DNA of 54,487 bases from Parcubacteria group bacterium Gr01-1014_29 (lineage in GTDB: Bacteria > Patescibacteriota > Minisyncoccia > Ryanbacterales > 2-02-FULL-48-12), in contig VMFT01000001.1 of assembly GCA_007376195.1 (NCBI GenBank), positions 1 through 54,487 of the forward strand, given 5' to 3'. Positions 19,647 to 30,115 of this stretch are shown here, one piece after another. A program made the position numbers and the translations under genes. Position 1 is the first letter of the stretch. Every line of letters begins with the position of its first letter. Under the pieces are notes generated by a model. The model saw only the letters and a program-made list of their open reading frames with translations, searched no databases and had not been told where the DNA came from.

Positions 19647-19923
19647 AAAATCCGCGGGTTCTACAGCGAATGTCCGCGACTCACAACCAAAATACCGCGG
19701 TATCAAAATCCACGACGGCCAGCGCGCAACAACCGGCACTATTATCGTACGCCAAGTTGGCTCGCGGGTTGTAGCCGGGCCAGGCGTACGTCAAGGCAGA
19801 GATTTTACGCTGTATGCCGCTTGGGATGGCATTGTAAAATTTTCCACGAAACGAAAGCAACACTTTGACGGTTCTATTATGCGAAAGAAGGTAGTAAGTG
19901 TTGTTTTGTTATCCCGCACTTGA
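19636..19923 (+). CDS. rpmA: 50S ribosomal protein L27
   Basis: MAHTKSAGST, RDSQPKYRGIK, IIVRQ, GRDFTLYA. Confidence 0.97.
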   Translation: MAHTKSAGSTANVRDSQPKYRGIKIHDGQRATTGTIIVRQVGSRVVAGPGVRQGRDFTLYAAWDGIVKFSTKRKQHFDGSIMRKKVVSVVLLSRT

Positions 19924-21558
19924 GCCTTTCTTAATCGCCGCCCGCACGAATGCTAGAAACAGCGGATGTGGTTCCAAGAGGCGCGATTGAAATTCCGGAT
20001 GGAATTGAGTGGCGACAAAAAATGGATGATTAGCAAGCTCAATAATTTCTACCAGGTTTCGTTCTGGGTTTACACCCGAAACAACAAGACCTTTTTTTAT
20101 TAAGCGCTCGCGAAGGGCGTTATTTAGTTCATAGCGGTGGCGGTGGCGTTCTGTGATGCGCGCGGTGCTGTAGGCGTCATATGCTTGTGTTCCCTGCTGA
20201 AGGCGGCACGCGTATGATCCCAACCGCATGGAGCCACCCATGTGTTTTGCTGCGATGTTTTCTTTCTGTTCCGGCAATACGTCAATAACTGGATATTTTG
20301 TTTTAGGATCAACTTCTGTGGTGTGCGCGCCTTCCATATGGGCCACATTGCGCGCAAATTCAACCACCGCGAGGTGCATGCCGTAACAGAGACCGAGATA
20401 CGGAATATTGTTTTTCCGGCAGAATTCTATGACGTGGATTTTGCCTTCCACTCCTCGGCTTCCGAAGCCGCCGGGTACTACAATGCCGTCAAAATCGCGT
20501 AAGCCCCACAACGTTTTCGGATCCTGCTCATACTCTTCAGCATTTAACCAGTGTAATTCTGGTACACGTTTTTCCGCCCACGCTGCATGTTTCAGCGCTT
20601 CAATTACAGAAATATAAGAATCAGAGAGTGTGAAAGCGCCTGTTCCGAAATATTTTCCTACGATTCCTATTTTCAGCGTTTTTTTGGCGGTATGCGTCTG
20701 TCGCACACGCTCCTGCCAAGCACTCATGTCTTTCTTTTTGCGTACCGGCATGTGGAATTTCTGCAGTAAGCGGTCTCCCAGCGCTTCTTTTTCAAAATTC
20801 AGAGGAACTTCATATATGGAAGAAACATCGGGGGCTGAAATAATATCATCTTCTCGCATGTTGCAAAATACCGAAACTTTCTGTTTCCGTGGCTTATCCA
20901 AAGGAACCGATGAACGGGCAAGAATAATATCCGGTTGAATTCCGGCAGTATTCAGTGAGCGTACCGCATGTTGCGTTGGTTTCGTCTTCATCTCTCCTAT
21001 CATGTTAGGGATAGGGAAATAACTGACCATCACAAATAATACGTCCTCTGGATGTTGAAGCTTCATCATCCGGCCTGCCTCTAAGAATAATAGGTTTTCA
21101 TACTCTCCTACTGTGCCGCCTATCTCGATCATCACGAAATCGGCCGCGGTTTTTTTGGCTGCAAACTTGATTCGGTGTATGACCTCCTCTGGAATATGCG
21201 GCACCACAGAAACACATTTACCCTGGTACTCAAGATTGCGCTCTTTGGTAATAACGGATAAATAGACAGCGCCCGTGGTTAGGTAGTTATACGCGTGCAT
21301 GTTCTCTCCCAAGAACCGCTCGTAATTACCGATATCCTGGTCGCATTCCATTCCGTCTGTTGTAACAAAAACCTCCCCATGTTCTGTAGGGTTCATGGTT
21401 CCGGCATCCACATTAATATACGGATCAATCTTGAGAGCTGTTACGCAGTATCCGCGCGATTGCAAAATTTTGCCGATGGAAGACGTTGCAATACCCTTGC
21501 CAATGCCGGACATAACTCCCCCCACCACAAAAATATATCGAATAGATTTAGTCACCAC
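19909..21558 (-). CDS. pyrG: CTP synthase
   Basis: GGVMSGIGKG, DPYINVDAGTM, KTKPTQH, GLCYGM, ERHRHRYE, QFHPEF. Confidence 0.98.
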   Translation of the reverse strand: MVTKSIRYIFVVGGVMSGIGKGIATSSIGKILQSRGYCVTALKIDPYINVDAGTMNPTEHGEVFVTTDGMECDQDIGNYERFLGENMHAYNYLTTGAVYLSVITKERNLEYQGKCVSVVPHIPEEVIHRIKFAAKKTAADFVMIEIGGTVGEYENLLFLEAGRMMKLQHPEDVLFVMVSYFPIPNMIGEMKTKPTQHAVRSLNTAGIQPDIILARSSVPLDKPRKQKVSVFCNMREDDIISAPDVSSIYEVPLNFEKEALGDRLLQKFHMPVRKKKDMSAWQERVRQTHTAKKTLKIGIVGKYFGTGAFTLSDSYISVIEALKHAAWAEKRVPELHWLNAEEYEQDPKTLWGLRDFDGIVVPGGFGSRGVEGKIHVIEFCRKNNIPYLGLCYGMHLAVVEFARNVAHMEGAHTTEVDPKTKYPVIDVLPEQKENIAAKHMGGSMRLGSYACRLQQGTQAYDAYSTARITERHRHRYELNNALRERLIKKGLVVSGVNPERNLVEIIELANHPFFVATQFHPEFQSRLLEPHPLFLAFVRAAIKKGSSAG

Positions 21559-21994
21559 GCTCCACAGCTAATAACAGAGAACCATGTGAATCTTGGTCAA
21601 ATTGCAGAACAACGGAATAGGTGCCAAGTGCTTTAATATGATCTTCCAGACGGATGTATTTTTCTAAATCAGCGTATCCTTTTTTGCTAAGCAACTCCGC
21701 AACGTCATGTTCAGTGACAGACCCAAAAAGATGTCCCTCCGGCGTTGCTTTGCGAAAAACCACCAGATGTTCGTTTTTCAAGGCATCAAGTATCTTGAGA
21801 AAATGTTCGCGGTCTTTGGCATCCTGCAGTGCTGCGCGCGCGCGCAGAACTTCAACCTCTTTTATACCAGCAGGCGTGGCAGGTTTTGCAAGCCCCCGCG
21901 GCATGAGAAAATTACGAAAAAACCCTGCGGCAACATCTTTTATGTCACCTACTCCTCCAAGATTATCTACCTGTTTTAGTAAAATGATTTGCAT
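21548..21994 (-). CDS. rplI: 50S ribosomal protein L9
   Basis: MQIILLKQVDNLG, GFFRNFLMP, LFGSVT. Confidence 0.96.
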   Translation of the reverse strand: MQIILLKQVDNLGGVGDIKDVAAGFFRNFLMPRGLAKPATPAGIKEVEVLRARAALQDAKDREHFLKILDALKNEHLVVFRKATPEGHLFGSVTEHDVAELLSKKGYADLEKYIRLEDHIKALGTYSVVLQFDQDSHGSLLLAVERGD

Positions 21995-22068
21995 ACAAAT
22001 TACCTCGCCTGCATCTTCTACCACCCCAGCCCCTCCTCTGTGGTTGCCCCCAACTTACCAGTACCACT

Positions 22069-23280
22069 CTACTCCATGCCGCGCAATAGTTCAATAGCTT
22101 TCTCAAGCTGCGGATCTTTTAGGTCCTCAACATCCTCCGAATCAATCTCAACGACAATGTCCGGTTCAAGCCCTTCGTCCGACAGTGAAACCCCCGATGG
22201 CGTAAGCCACCGCGCAATGGTTACTTTCAGAGATGTTGTATCCGTTACCTCTACCAGTTCCTGCACAGAACCTTTGCCGTAGGTTTTCTTTCCAATTATC
22301 TTGATACCTTTTTGATCCCGGAGCGCGCCGGCAAGAATTTCCGAAGCCGAAGCCGAACCGTTATTTACCAGCACAACCGTCGGAATAGTGGCTAGCGCGT
22401 TGTACCCTTTGCTGCGATGCAGGAGCTCGCTCCCGTCGCCAAACTGCTCCCGCGCGACAATTTTGCCAGACTCCAAAAACCAGCTTGCAATATCTACCGC
22501 CGCTTCCAAAAGCCCGCCGGGGTTATTGCGTACATCCAACACCAACTTAGTACTGCCCGAGCGCGCCATTTCTTCAAGGGCACGACGAAATTCAAGCTGG
22601 GCGTTTTCAGAAAAATTATACAAATGAATTACAAAAATGCCGCCTTCCCGTTTTTCCATCTCAAGTATCGGGATGTGGATAGTATCGCGCGTAATTTTTA
22701 TGACGCGCGTTTCATCTTCGCCCTTCCGTACTATCATAAGCGCGACAATGGTATCCTTTTGGCCCCGAATATGGCGCACTGCCTCCTCAAGCGTAAGATC
22801 GGCTGTTGAGATATCATCAATTTGAAGAATTGTATCCCCTGCCAATAAACCAGCCTCAGCAGCGGGAGACCCGGTAAGCGGCGATATTACAACAAGGACC
22901 CCTTTTCGCATGCCAATTTCTGCCCCTATTCCTTCAAACTTCCCTTGAATTTCAGATTCAAAAAGTTCCTGTTCCACTGGCGGAAAAAATACCGTATAGG
23001 GGTCGTCCAGTGCGCGCACCATGCCGCTTACGGCCCCGTATACCATCTTCTGGCGGTCAAGCTCGCCCGATGCGACGTACTTGTCTTCAAGGATGCTCCA
23101 TGCCTTCCAGAACGGAGAAAAATCGACTTCAGTAGGCTTTGCGGTTTCTTTATTATAGAGCGATGTTACAAGGTCAATTGCAGGCCGTTGGTTGTATCCC
23201 ACATATACGCCAACACCAAAACCGGCCCCCACAACCAGGAGTGCGAGCCCATAGACAGCGAACTTTTTTATAAAAAGCAT
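22069..23280 (-). CDS. Carboxyl-terminal processing protease (S41, PDZ)
   Basis: LDDPYT, GIGAEI, DVRNNPGG, SASASEI, GKGSVQ; ATG 23280. Confidence 0.94.
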   Translation of the reverse strand: MLFIKKFAVYGLALLVVGAGFGVGVYVGYNQRPAIDLVTSLYNKETAKPTEVDFSPFWKAWSILEDKYVASGELDRQKMVYGAVSGMVRALDDPYTVFFPPVEQELFESEIQGKFEGIGAEIGMRKGVLVVISPLTGSPAAEAGLLAGDTILQIDDISTADLTLEEAVRHIRGQKDTIVALMIVRKGEDETRVIKITRDTIHIPILEMEKREGGIFVIHLYNFSENAQLEFRRALEEMARSGSTKLVLDVRNNPGGLLEAAVDIASWFLESGKIVAREQFGDGSELLHRSKGYNALATIPTVVLVNNGSASASEILAGALRDQKGIKIIGKKTYGKGSVQELVEVTDTTSLKVTIARWLTPSGVSLSDEGLEPDIVVEIDSEDVEDLKDPQLEKAIELLRGME

Positions 23281-23365
23281 AGACGTAGTATCGCAAACAA
23301 AAAAGCCCCGGTCAAATCCGGAGCAGCTATTGAATGTCTTGCATAATATACGGTATACTAGATAT

Positions 23366-24271
23366 ATGCCCACTATCCACGGAAAAAATTTCATCTGGAC
23401 GCATCTCAATAAGCCGTCGGAAGAAGATATATTAGAAATTGCAAAAAATCGCGATCTTCATTTTTTGGTCGCAGATGAACTGTTGCACCCTACCTTCCGC
23501 CCCAAGGTGGAACAGTATGGCAGTCATTTGTATCTCATACTTCACTTCCCTAAATACGACGCGCAGGATTCCAACCGTGGCAACGAAATAGATTTTGTCA
23601 TCGGTAAAGATTTTCTCATTACCACCCAATATGCTCCTCTGCCGGCACTCGAAGAATTTGTAACATCCTGTGAAACTGACAAACGAAAAGCAATGCAGTA
23701 TCTCACCAACACAGGTGAGTTACTCTACCATCTTCTTTCACGCCTTTTTGCCTATTCTCTCACGGAACTTGAGAAAATGGACAAAAAAATTTCTGCTATG
23801 GAAAATAGTATATTTCGAGAACAAAATCGAAAATATGTAGAAGATATCTCGCTGCTGAGAAGAGAAATACTGGATTTTCGGCGTATAATTCATCCGCAAC
23901 AGTCGGTCTTGCGATCCTTAGAAGAAGAAGGCAAAGTATTTTTTGGAAAAGACATGTGCTTATACCTCTCCCGTATTATTGGTGATTATCTTCGTATGTG
24001 GCACATTCTTGAAAACCACAAAGAAACCGTGGAAGCGCTCCACGAAACAAATGAATCACTCTTGTCCATACGCACTGCTGAAATTACAAAAAACCTTACC
24101 ATCATGGCGTTCATCGCCTTGCCGCTTACCTTGCTCGCAAACTTATTTGGCATGAATGTGTCCTCTTTCCCTATTGTGGGCAACCCCTATGATTTTTGGA
24201 TTATAGTCGGAATCATGTTTGTTGGCATTCTGGGAATGTTTGTCTTCTTTAAATGGAAAAAGTGGATATAA
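23366..24271 (+). CDS. corA: CorA-family Mg2+/divalent cation transporter
   Basis: RPKVE, GMN motif, two C-terminal TMs, KWKKWI end. Confidence 0.93.
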   Translation: MPTIHGKNFIWTHLNKPSEEDILEIAKNRDLHFLVADELLHPTFRPKVEQYGSHLYLILHFPKYDAQDSNRGNEIDFVIGKDFLITTQYAPLPALEEFVTSCETDKRKAMQYLTNTGELLYHLLSRLFAYSLTELEKMDKKISAMENSIFREQNRKYVEDISLLRREILDFRRIIHPQQSVLRSLEEEGKVFFGKDMCLYLSRIIGDYLRMWHILENHKETVEALHETNESLLSIRTAEITKNLTIMAFIALPLTLLANLFGMNVSSFPIVGNPYDFWIIVGIMFVGILGMFVFFKWKKWI

Positions 24272-24314
24272 AATCAACGAATAACGAATCCAGTACGAAT
24301 CTACGAATACTAAT
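24269..24314 (+). repeat. ACGAAT periodic repeat
   Basis: aaaatcaacgaataacgaatccagtacgaatctacgaata, similar to reverse complement of 52329-52368. Confidence 0.75.
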
Positions 24315-25694
24315 ATGTCTCTCAAACTCTATAACACATTTTCGAGGAAAAAAGAAGTTTTTAAACCCTTGAAAAAGGGTTTTGTTGGATTATATACCTG
24401 CGGCCCCACCGTCTATAACTATGTGCATATTGGAAATCTCCGCACATATATTTTTGAAGATGTTCTGCGACGCACTCTCGAAGCGCATGGATATACGGTA
24501 CAGCATATTATGAACGTTACGGACGTAGATGACAAAACAATAGCGGCTTCAAAACACGCCAAGAAAGATTTGAGTGTGTTTACCAAAGAATATGAAAAAG
24601 CGTTTGGTGATGATAGTGCAAAACTCAATATCCTCGCTCCCACACGGCCGTTTGTGCGCGCCACTGAACATATTCCGGCAATGATTATGCTTATACAAAA
24701 GCTGCTCCGCAAAAACTACGCATACGAAAAAGGCGGCTCGGTATATTTTGACATATCAAAGTTTGCGCCATACGGAAAACTGGCGCATTTGGATAAAAAA
24801 GGATTGAAAGCCGGCGCGCGCATAGATGTTGATGAATACGCAAAAGATGCCGCACAAGACTTTGTTCTTTGGAAGGCGGCAAAAGCAGGAGAACCCTCCT
24901 GGCCTGCGCCATTTGGCTCGGGGCGGCCCGGCTGGCATATTGAATGCTCGGCTATGGCCACCGCCTATCTGAAACAGCCGTTTGATATTCACGCGGGCGG
25001 GGTAGATCTTATATTCCCCCACCACGAGAACGAAATCGCTCAGTCAGAAGCGGCATATAACAAACCATTCGCGCGCTACTGGCTGCACGGGGAGCATCTC
25101 CTCGTAGACGGAGAAAAAATGTCAAAATCGCTCGGTAATACCTATACGCTCCGTGACATCGAAAAAAAAGAGTTTACCCCTCTCTCCCTCCGGTATTTGG
25201 TACTCATGGCGCATTACCGCACAAAATTAAATTTCACATGGCAGTCGCTCAAAAGCGCGCAACAAGCCTACCGAGAACTTGTTGAATTTACAAAAGAATT
25301 GATAGCAGAAAAAAGCGCGGCTCCGATAAAAACTGCTCATTCGTATGCGTCGTATGAAAAAAAATTCTTTGCGGCGCTAGACGATGATCTCAACACGCCA
25401 AAAGCGCTTGCGGTGCTGTGGCAATTTATCCGCGCTTACCACAAGGCAAAAACAACGTACCCAAACGCAGCCTACGCACTCCTGTTAAAATGTGACGCCG
25501 TGCTGGGACTTGAATTTGCGGAAGTAACATTATTAAAAATTCCCCTTGCTATCCAACAGCTTGCCGAAAAACGCGAGCAGTTTCGGACGGAAAAAAAATG
25601 GCAGGAAGCCGACGCTCTGCGCGCCAAAATTGAGAAAATGGGCTGGCAAATTCTAGATACGGATGCCGGCTCCACATTAAAACCACGGATGTGA
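24315..25694 (+). CDS. cysS: Cysteine--tRNA ligase
   Basis: CGPTVY, HIGN, GRPGWHIECS, FPHHENE, KMSKS. Confidence 0.98.
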   Translation: MSLKLYNTFSRKKEVFKPLKKGFVGLYTCGPTVYNYVHIGNLRTYIFEDVLRRTLEAHGYTVQHIMNVTDVDDKTIAASKHAKKDLSVFTKEYEKAFGDDSAKLNILAPTRPFVRATEHIPAMIMLIQKLLRKNYAYEKGGSVYFDISKFAPYGKLAHLDKKGLKAGARIDVDEYAKDAAQDFVLWKAAKAGEPSWPAPFGSGRPGWHIECSAMATAYLKQPFDIHAGGVDLIFPHHENEIAQSEAAYNKPFARYWLHGEHLLVDGEKMSKSLGNTYTLRDIEKKEFTPLSLRYLVLMAHYRTKLNFTWQSLKSAQQAYRELVEFTKELIAEKSAAPIKTAHSYASYEKKFFAALDDDLNTPKALAVLWQFIRAYHKAKTTYPNAAYALLLKCDAVLGLEFAEVTLLKIPLAIQQLAEKREQFRTEKKWQEADALRAKIEKMGWQILDTDAGSTLKPRM

Positions 25695-25845
25695 CTAGCC
25701 GAACTTCGCACACGAGCATAAGCGAGTTGTGAGTAGTTCGGCTCGGCACATCAGTAGCAGTTTCTGTAGACTCCCTGTAATAAAAGCGCCTGTGCCAAGC
25801 CAAGCTATCTTCCGGTGTAACCGGAATAGAGCTCGGCTAGTCACA
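25690..25845. repeat. BIME-like inverted pair of REP-like units
   Basis: Unit TGTGCCRAGCCRARCTA...AGYTCGGCTAGTCACA on minus (25690-25750) and plus (25791-25845); third copy at 40108-40170. Confidence 0.85.
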
Positions 25846-25914
25846 AAGTGCTGACATAATAAGCGTGAGGGGGTACTCCACATGTTATAGACATCTTCTA
25901 AACAGGTATTTGTG

Positions 25915-25943
25915 TTGAATGCGCCACGCAGGGCCTTTATACT
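25915..25943 (+). promoter_or_regulatory. Sigma70 promoter for dnaB (leaderless)
   Basis: TTGAAT-17-TATACT, 6 nt before ATG. Confidence 0.65.
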
Positions 25944-25949
25944 ACTCCT

Positions 25950-27356
25950 ATGGCAGAATCTCTCCAAAAAACAACTTTTTCAATGCAGCCGGTAGCTACC
26001 TTCTCGGGCATGCGCATGCCCCCGCAAGACACGGATGCTGAAATGGCCGTATTGGGTTCATTAATGCTTGATAAGGAGGCGTTTAGTAAAATCGCGGATA
26101 GTTTGCAGTCTTCCTGTTTTTACCGCGACCAGCACCGCATTATTTACGAAGTCATGCAGGATTTGTTTGAAAAGCGGATACCAGTAGATGTGTTGTCCGT
26201 ATCAAGCCGCCTGCGTGAAAAGAAACAACTGGAAGATGTCGGCGGCATGAGTTACTTGACGTCTCTGGTGAATATTGTGCCAACAGCAAGCAATGTGGCG
26301 CATTATGCCGAAATTGTTCGCCACAAGTACATATTGCGGAGCATTATTAGCACCTCGCAAGAAATAAGCCAGCTTGGATACCAGGAATCTGATGAGGTGG
26401 AAAAACTACTGGACGAGGCTGAAAAGAAAATTTTTAGTATATCGCACGGCTCGCTCCGCCAGCGATTTGCGCCCATCTCGGAAGCGCTTGAAGCTGCATG
26501 GGAACGCATTGATAATCTCCAAAAAGGCGAGCACCTACGTGGTGTCGCAACCGGTTTTACCAAACTTGATAATCTGCTTTCCGGCCTTCAAAAATCAGAT
26601 CTCATCATTCTCGCGGCTCGGCCGTCATTCGGCAAAACAAGCCTTGCGTTGGATATTGCGCGCCACGCCGCCATTAAAGAAAATATACCAGTCGGTATCT
26701 TCAGCCTTGAAATGTCCATCGAACAGCTTGTTGATCGACTGCTGGCCGCGGAAGCCGATGTAGACTCCTGGAAGCTCCGCACCGGCAGGCTATCTCATGA
26801 CTCGGATGAATTCCTGCGCATCCGCGACGCACTGGAACGCCTGTCAAAAGCTCCTCTTTTTATTGACGATGAACCATCCAATAATATTCTTCAGATGCGC
26901 GCTATGGCCCGGCGGCTTCAGGCAGAACATGGCCTCGGCCTTATTATTGTTGACTACATTCAGCTCATTACATACCACAAGGCAAATTCAGAAAGTCTTG
27001 TGCGAGAAGTAACAGAAATTTCGCGGGCGTTGAAAGGTCTTGCGCGCGAGCTTGAAGTGCCTGTTCTCGCCATCTCCCAGCTTTCGCGCGCCGTTGAACA
27101 GCGCCACCCCCCTATTCCGCGGCTTTCAGACTTACGGGAAAGCGGTAGTTTGGAGCAAGATGCGGATATGGTTCTTTTCATATATCGCGAAGACCGCTAT
27201 AAAGATACCGACGACAAAAAGAATATTGTCGAGGTGCAAATCGCAAAGCACCGCAACGGCCCATTGGGTAAAGTGAGTCTTCATTTCAACCCTGAAAGAA
27301 TTTCCTTTGTCGGTCTTGAAAAAAATATCCCTCCCGATTCCTATGGCGTATCCTAA
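25950..27356 (+). CDS. dnaB: Replicative DNA helicase
   Basis: AARPSFGKT, FSLEM, VDYIQL, SQLSR, LSDLRESGSLEQDAD, KHRNG. Confidence 0.98.
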   Translation: MAESLQKTTFSMQPVATFSGMRMPPQDTDAEMAVLGSLMLDKEAFSKIADSLQSSCFYRDQHRIIYEVMQDLFEKRIPVDVLSVSSRLREKKQLEDVGGMSYLTSLVNIVPTASNVAHYAEIVRHKYILRSIISTSQEISQLGYQESDEVEKLLDEAEKKIFSISHGSLRQRFAPISEALEAAWERIDNLQKGEHLRGVATGFTKLDNLLSGLQKSDLIILAARPSFGKTSLALDIARHAAIKENIPVGIFSLEMSIEQLVDRLLAAEADVDSWKLRTGRLSHDSDEFLRIRDALERLSKAPLFIDDEPSNNILQMRAMARRLQAEHGLGLIIVDYIQLITYHKANSESLVREVTEISRALKGLARELEVPVLAISQLSRAVEQRHPPIPRLSDLRESGSLEQDADMVLFIYREDRYKDTDDKKNIVEVQIAKHRNGPLGKVSLHFNPERISFVGLEKNIPPDSYGVS

Positions 27357-27951
27357 GCATGTACAGCGTATTGCCGAGCTCTTGGGCCAACTTGCCGGCA
27401 TCGGCCCGCGTCAAGCGGTTCGCTTGGCATTTTCTCTGCTGGAAAAAGAAGATGCCTACTGCACAGAATTTGCCAACCTTCTTCAGACTATGCGGACGCA
27501 AACTGCGTGCTGTAGTATCTGTTTTCGCAGTATGGAAACCCGCGGTATTCCTCACTGTGATATATGCAACGCCTCCGGCCGCGCCTCTGATAAAATCATG
27601 ATTGTTGAAAAAGAACCGGATGTAGAGACAATGGAACGCTCCGGCGTATTCAATGGCCTTTACCATATTACGGGGGGTGTTATCTCCCCGCTTGAAAAAC
27701 AACCGGGTGACAAAATCCGCATGCGCGAGTTGTTCGCACGCGTAAAAACACACCCCGCGCGTTCCTCTCTTGAAATAATTATTGCCACATCCAATACGAT
27801 GGAAGGCAATCAAACAGCAAATTATATTGAGCGGATCCTCCAGCCTCTGCAGATAAAAATAACCCGCCTCGGACGCGGGTTGTCTACCGGGGCAGAAATT
27901 GAGTATGCCGATCCGCTTACATTGGAGGCGGCATTGAAAAATAGGCGCTAG
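27343..27951 (+). CDS. recR: Recombination mediator RecR
   Basis: GIGPRQAVRLA HhH, C4 zinc finger, YHITGG, TRLGRG..G.EIEYAD. Confidence 0.95.
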   Translation: MAYPKHVQRIAELLGQLAGIGPRQAVRLAFSLLEKEDAYCTEFANLLQTMRTQTACCSICFRSMETRGIPHCDICNASGRASDKIMIVEKEPDVETMERSGVFNGLYHITGGVISPLEKQPGDKIRMRELFARVKTHPARSSLEIIIATSNTMEGNQTANYIERILQPLQIKITRLGRGLSTGAEIEYADPLTLEAALKNRR

Positions 27952-28029
27952 AGAATTAGGCTTCAGGCTCTAGAAAACCTGCAAATCCTTATATGGGGTT
28001 TTGCCTAAAGCCTAGCGCCTAGAGCCTAA
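27942..28029. repeat. Heptamer inverted array (TAGG/CCTA family) between convergent recR and rplU
   Basis: taggcgc/tagagaa/ttaggct...gcctaaa/gcctagc/gcctaga/gcctaa; same family as 42381-42473. Confidence 0.75.
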
Positions 28030-28346
28030 TTATCTATCTTCGTTATCTCAACTTCCGTAAAATGCTGCCGATGCCCTTTCTTGCGGCGATGGCGCGTTTT
28101 TGAATGATACCGTAAATTGGTTATTTTTTTCGCGCGCGCGTGCCGGAGCACTTTTGCAGACACTACTGCGCCCGGTACCAGCGGCTGGCCGATTTTTGTC
28201 TCATTCTCCCCTTCCCCTGCAACCAACAATACTTCCTCAAATGAAAAATCCTTGCCTTCTTCAATAGGTAGCTTTTCCACTTTCAGTTTTTTCCCGGGTT
28301 CAACAACGTATTGTTTCCCCCCGGTTTTAATAACTGCAAATTGCAT
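28026..28346 (-). CDS. rplU: 50S ribosomal protein L21
   Basis: AVIKTGGKQY, KIGQP, GHRQHFT. Confidence 0.97.
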   Translation of the reverse strand: MQFAVIKTGGKQYVVEPGKKLKVEKLPIEEGKDFSFEEVLLVAGEGENETKIGQPLVPGAVVSAKVLRHARAKKITNLRYHSKTRHRRKKGHRQHFTEVEITKIDN

Positions 28347-28370
28347 ATTATTACTTACAATTTATAAAAA

Positions 28371-28441
28371 TCCCCCTTCACCCCCTTTTCCAAAAGGGGA
28401 CATACGCTCCTCTCCCGCCCGGTGCAACCGGGATTGGGAGG
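28371..28441. repeat. Two adjacent GC-rich hairpins upstream of rplU
   Basis: ccccttt...aaagggg and ctccc-cccggt-GCA-accggg-gggag; the second shares its core with REP-like units at 25812 and 40133. Confidence 0.65.
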
Positions 28442-28554
28442 GATTTAATAATTCAAGACTTCTTCTGTAAAAATACACTACCAAACCCATAGCAATTTGT
28501 ATATATTGACAATATAATAACTATATGCTAAAAAGTAAAAAAGAGGAGGATCGC

Positions 28555-28869
28555 ATGACTCACACCATTACGGTTGATGCGGGGAAAAATACTCTCGTGG
28601 TTATCATAAAAACGACATTTCGGCTGTACCGGAACGACCCGCAAAGTTTCAAGACACTCGCTGAACTTTCCGGAAAGATTTTTCGGGAAACAAAACTTGA
28701 GGTAAACCTATTGCTTCGAGGAGACAAAATACTTCACCTTACCGTGTCTCGTCGCCGAAAATTGACAAAGGAAACTCTGTTACAGAAAACCGAAGTGGCA
28801 GTTGGAATTATCAAAGAGGTGTATGGTGTCCCGCAGGCGCGTGTGCAGATTCAACAAGGACTTTTTTGA
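28555..28869 (+). CDS. Hypothetical basic protein (104 aa)
   Basis: Strong SD GAGGAGG before ATG 28555. Confidence 0.7.
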   Translation: MTHTITVDAGKNTLVVIIKTTFRLYRNDPQSFKTLAELSGKIFRETKLEVNLLLRGDKILHLTVSRRRKLTKETLLQKTEVAVGIIKEVYGVPQARVQIQQGLF

Positions 28870-28896
28870 ACATATAGCAAACAAGGGAGAAATTTC

Positions 28897-29046
28897 ATGA
28901 GTCAGTTGTGGGAGAATCGAATTTCTACCGTGGTTATCTGGTTATTTATCGGGTTGGTATTGATAGCAATCTTTATGTTCATATATGCCTCTCTCACTAC
29001 CAATCCTGTTTACACTCCTCAACCGCTTTCTCCACTCGTATTATAA
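28897..29046 (+). CDS. Small single-pass membrane protein (49 aa, not in ORF track)
   Basis: MSQLWENRISTVVIWLFIGLVLIAIFMFIYASLTTNPVYTPQPLSPLVL; AAGGGAGA upstream. Confidence 0.6.
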   Translation: MSQLWENRISTVVIWLFIGLVLIAIFMFIYASLTTNPVYTPQPLSPLVL

Positions 29047-30081
29047 ATCTTCCTCCCCCGCCGACGGCTTCTCAAGCGCCATTGGCTCAATAGACTGCTC
29101 CCCGCCGGCTATATGGAATATATCCTTGTCGATTTTCTTGAGCTCCTTATAGCCGGTATTATAAGTTCCGACCAGGGTACCTAATTGGGTACCCATTTTT
29201 ATTACATAACTATCGTAGTTTATAAGATGCTTTTTCAACGCTTCCACATTTTTCTGTATATCTTTCGCGGACTCTTCAATTTGAAGCGCTCGCAATCCTT
29301 GAAGAACCGTTTGCAAATACGCGAGAAATGATGTGGGCGAAACGATAATAACATGCTTTTCCTTAAACGCGTATTCAATTAAATCTTGCGTGGATACCTG
29401 CACGGCACCCACTTTATTTATCAACAAATCATAATAAATCGCTTCCGAGGGAATAAACATAAACGCGAAATCCATGGTGTTCTCCCCTGGCTTTATGTAT
29501 TTTGAAGTTTCATCAATCCGCGTTTTTAAATCTTGCTTAAACACTTTTTCCAGCCGCTCCCGTTCGGCGGGATCGTTGGTGGCAAGAATGCGTTCATAGT
29601 TTTCAAGCGAAAATTTGGAGTCCACCGGAACAATTTTATCTTTGATGAAGACCACCGCGTCCACCAAAGAACCATCCTCAAACCCATATTGCATTTGATA
29701 ACTGCCGGGCGGAAGAACGTTTTTCAGCACGGTTTCCAAATAGTATTCACCCAGCACGCCACGCTGTTTGGGATTTCGCAAAATATCCTGTAGACCTTTC
29801 AATTGATCGGCAAACCCCACAACTTGCCGGTTGGTTTCATCAAGCTTTGTTAAACGTTCGGTTACATCCTGAATAATTTTCGTACTCTGCTGAAATTGTA
29901 CTTGCATTGACTTATGCGACTCGCCCATGTTGCGGTCAAGCGTGCGCGCGATTTCCTGCACCTGGTTTTGGAGCAACACCAGTGATTGATTATCTTCGGG
30001 TTTCTGTCTGCGTAGAGCAAAAAACAGCGCGGTAAACCCCGCCACCAGAAGCACAATGAGAATAATTGCCGATACATCCAT
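29041..30081 (-). CDS. rmuC: DNA recombination protein RmuC
   Basis: N-terminal TM, coiled coil, RGVLGEYYL, VDSKFS, FMFIPSE, VSPTS. Confidence 0.93.
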   Translation of the reverse strand: MDVSAIILIVLLVAGFTALFFALRRQKPEDNQSLVLLQNQVQEIARTLDRNMGESHKSMQVQFQQSTKIIQDVTERLTKLDETNRQVVGFADQLKGLQDILRNPKQRGVLGEYYLETVLKNVLPPGSYQMQYGFEDGSLVDAVVFIKDKIVPVDSKFSLENYERILATNDPAERERLEKVFKQDLKTRIDETSKYIKPGENTMDFAFMFIPSEAIYYDLLINKVGAVQVSTQDLIEYAFKEKHVIIVSPTSFLAYLQTVLQGLRALQIEESAKDIQKNVEALKKHLINYDSYVIKMGTQLGTLVGTYNTGYKELKKIDKDIFHIAGGEQSIEPMALEKPSAGEEDL

Positions 30082-30115
30082 GCGTTGAACTTACTACTTA
30101 CAACTTACTACTGTT

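Noticed and set aside
27951-29041. Replication terminus at the switch from mostly plus-strand to mostly minus-strand genes
   Set aside because: By eye the plus strand is C-rich on both sides (no skew flip), and the dif-like stretch near 28507-28533 has wrong spacing
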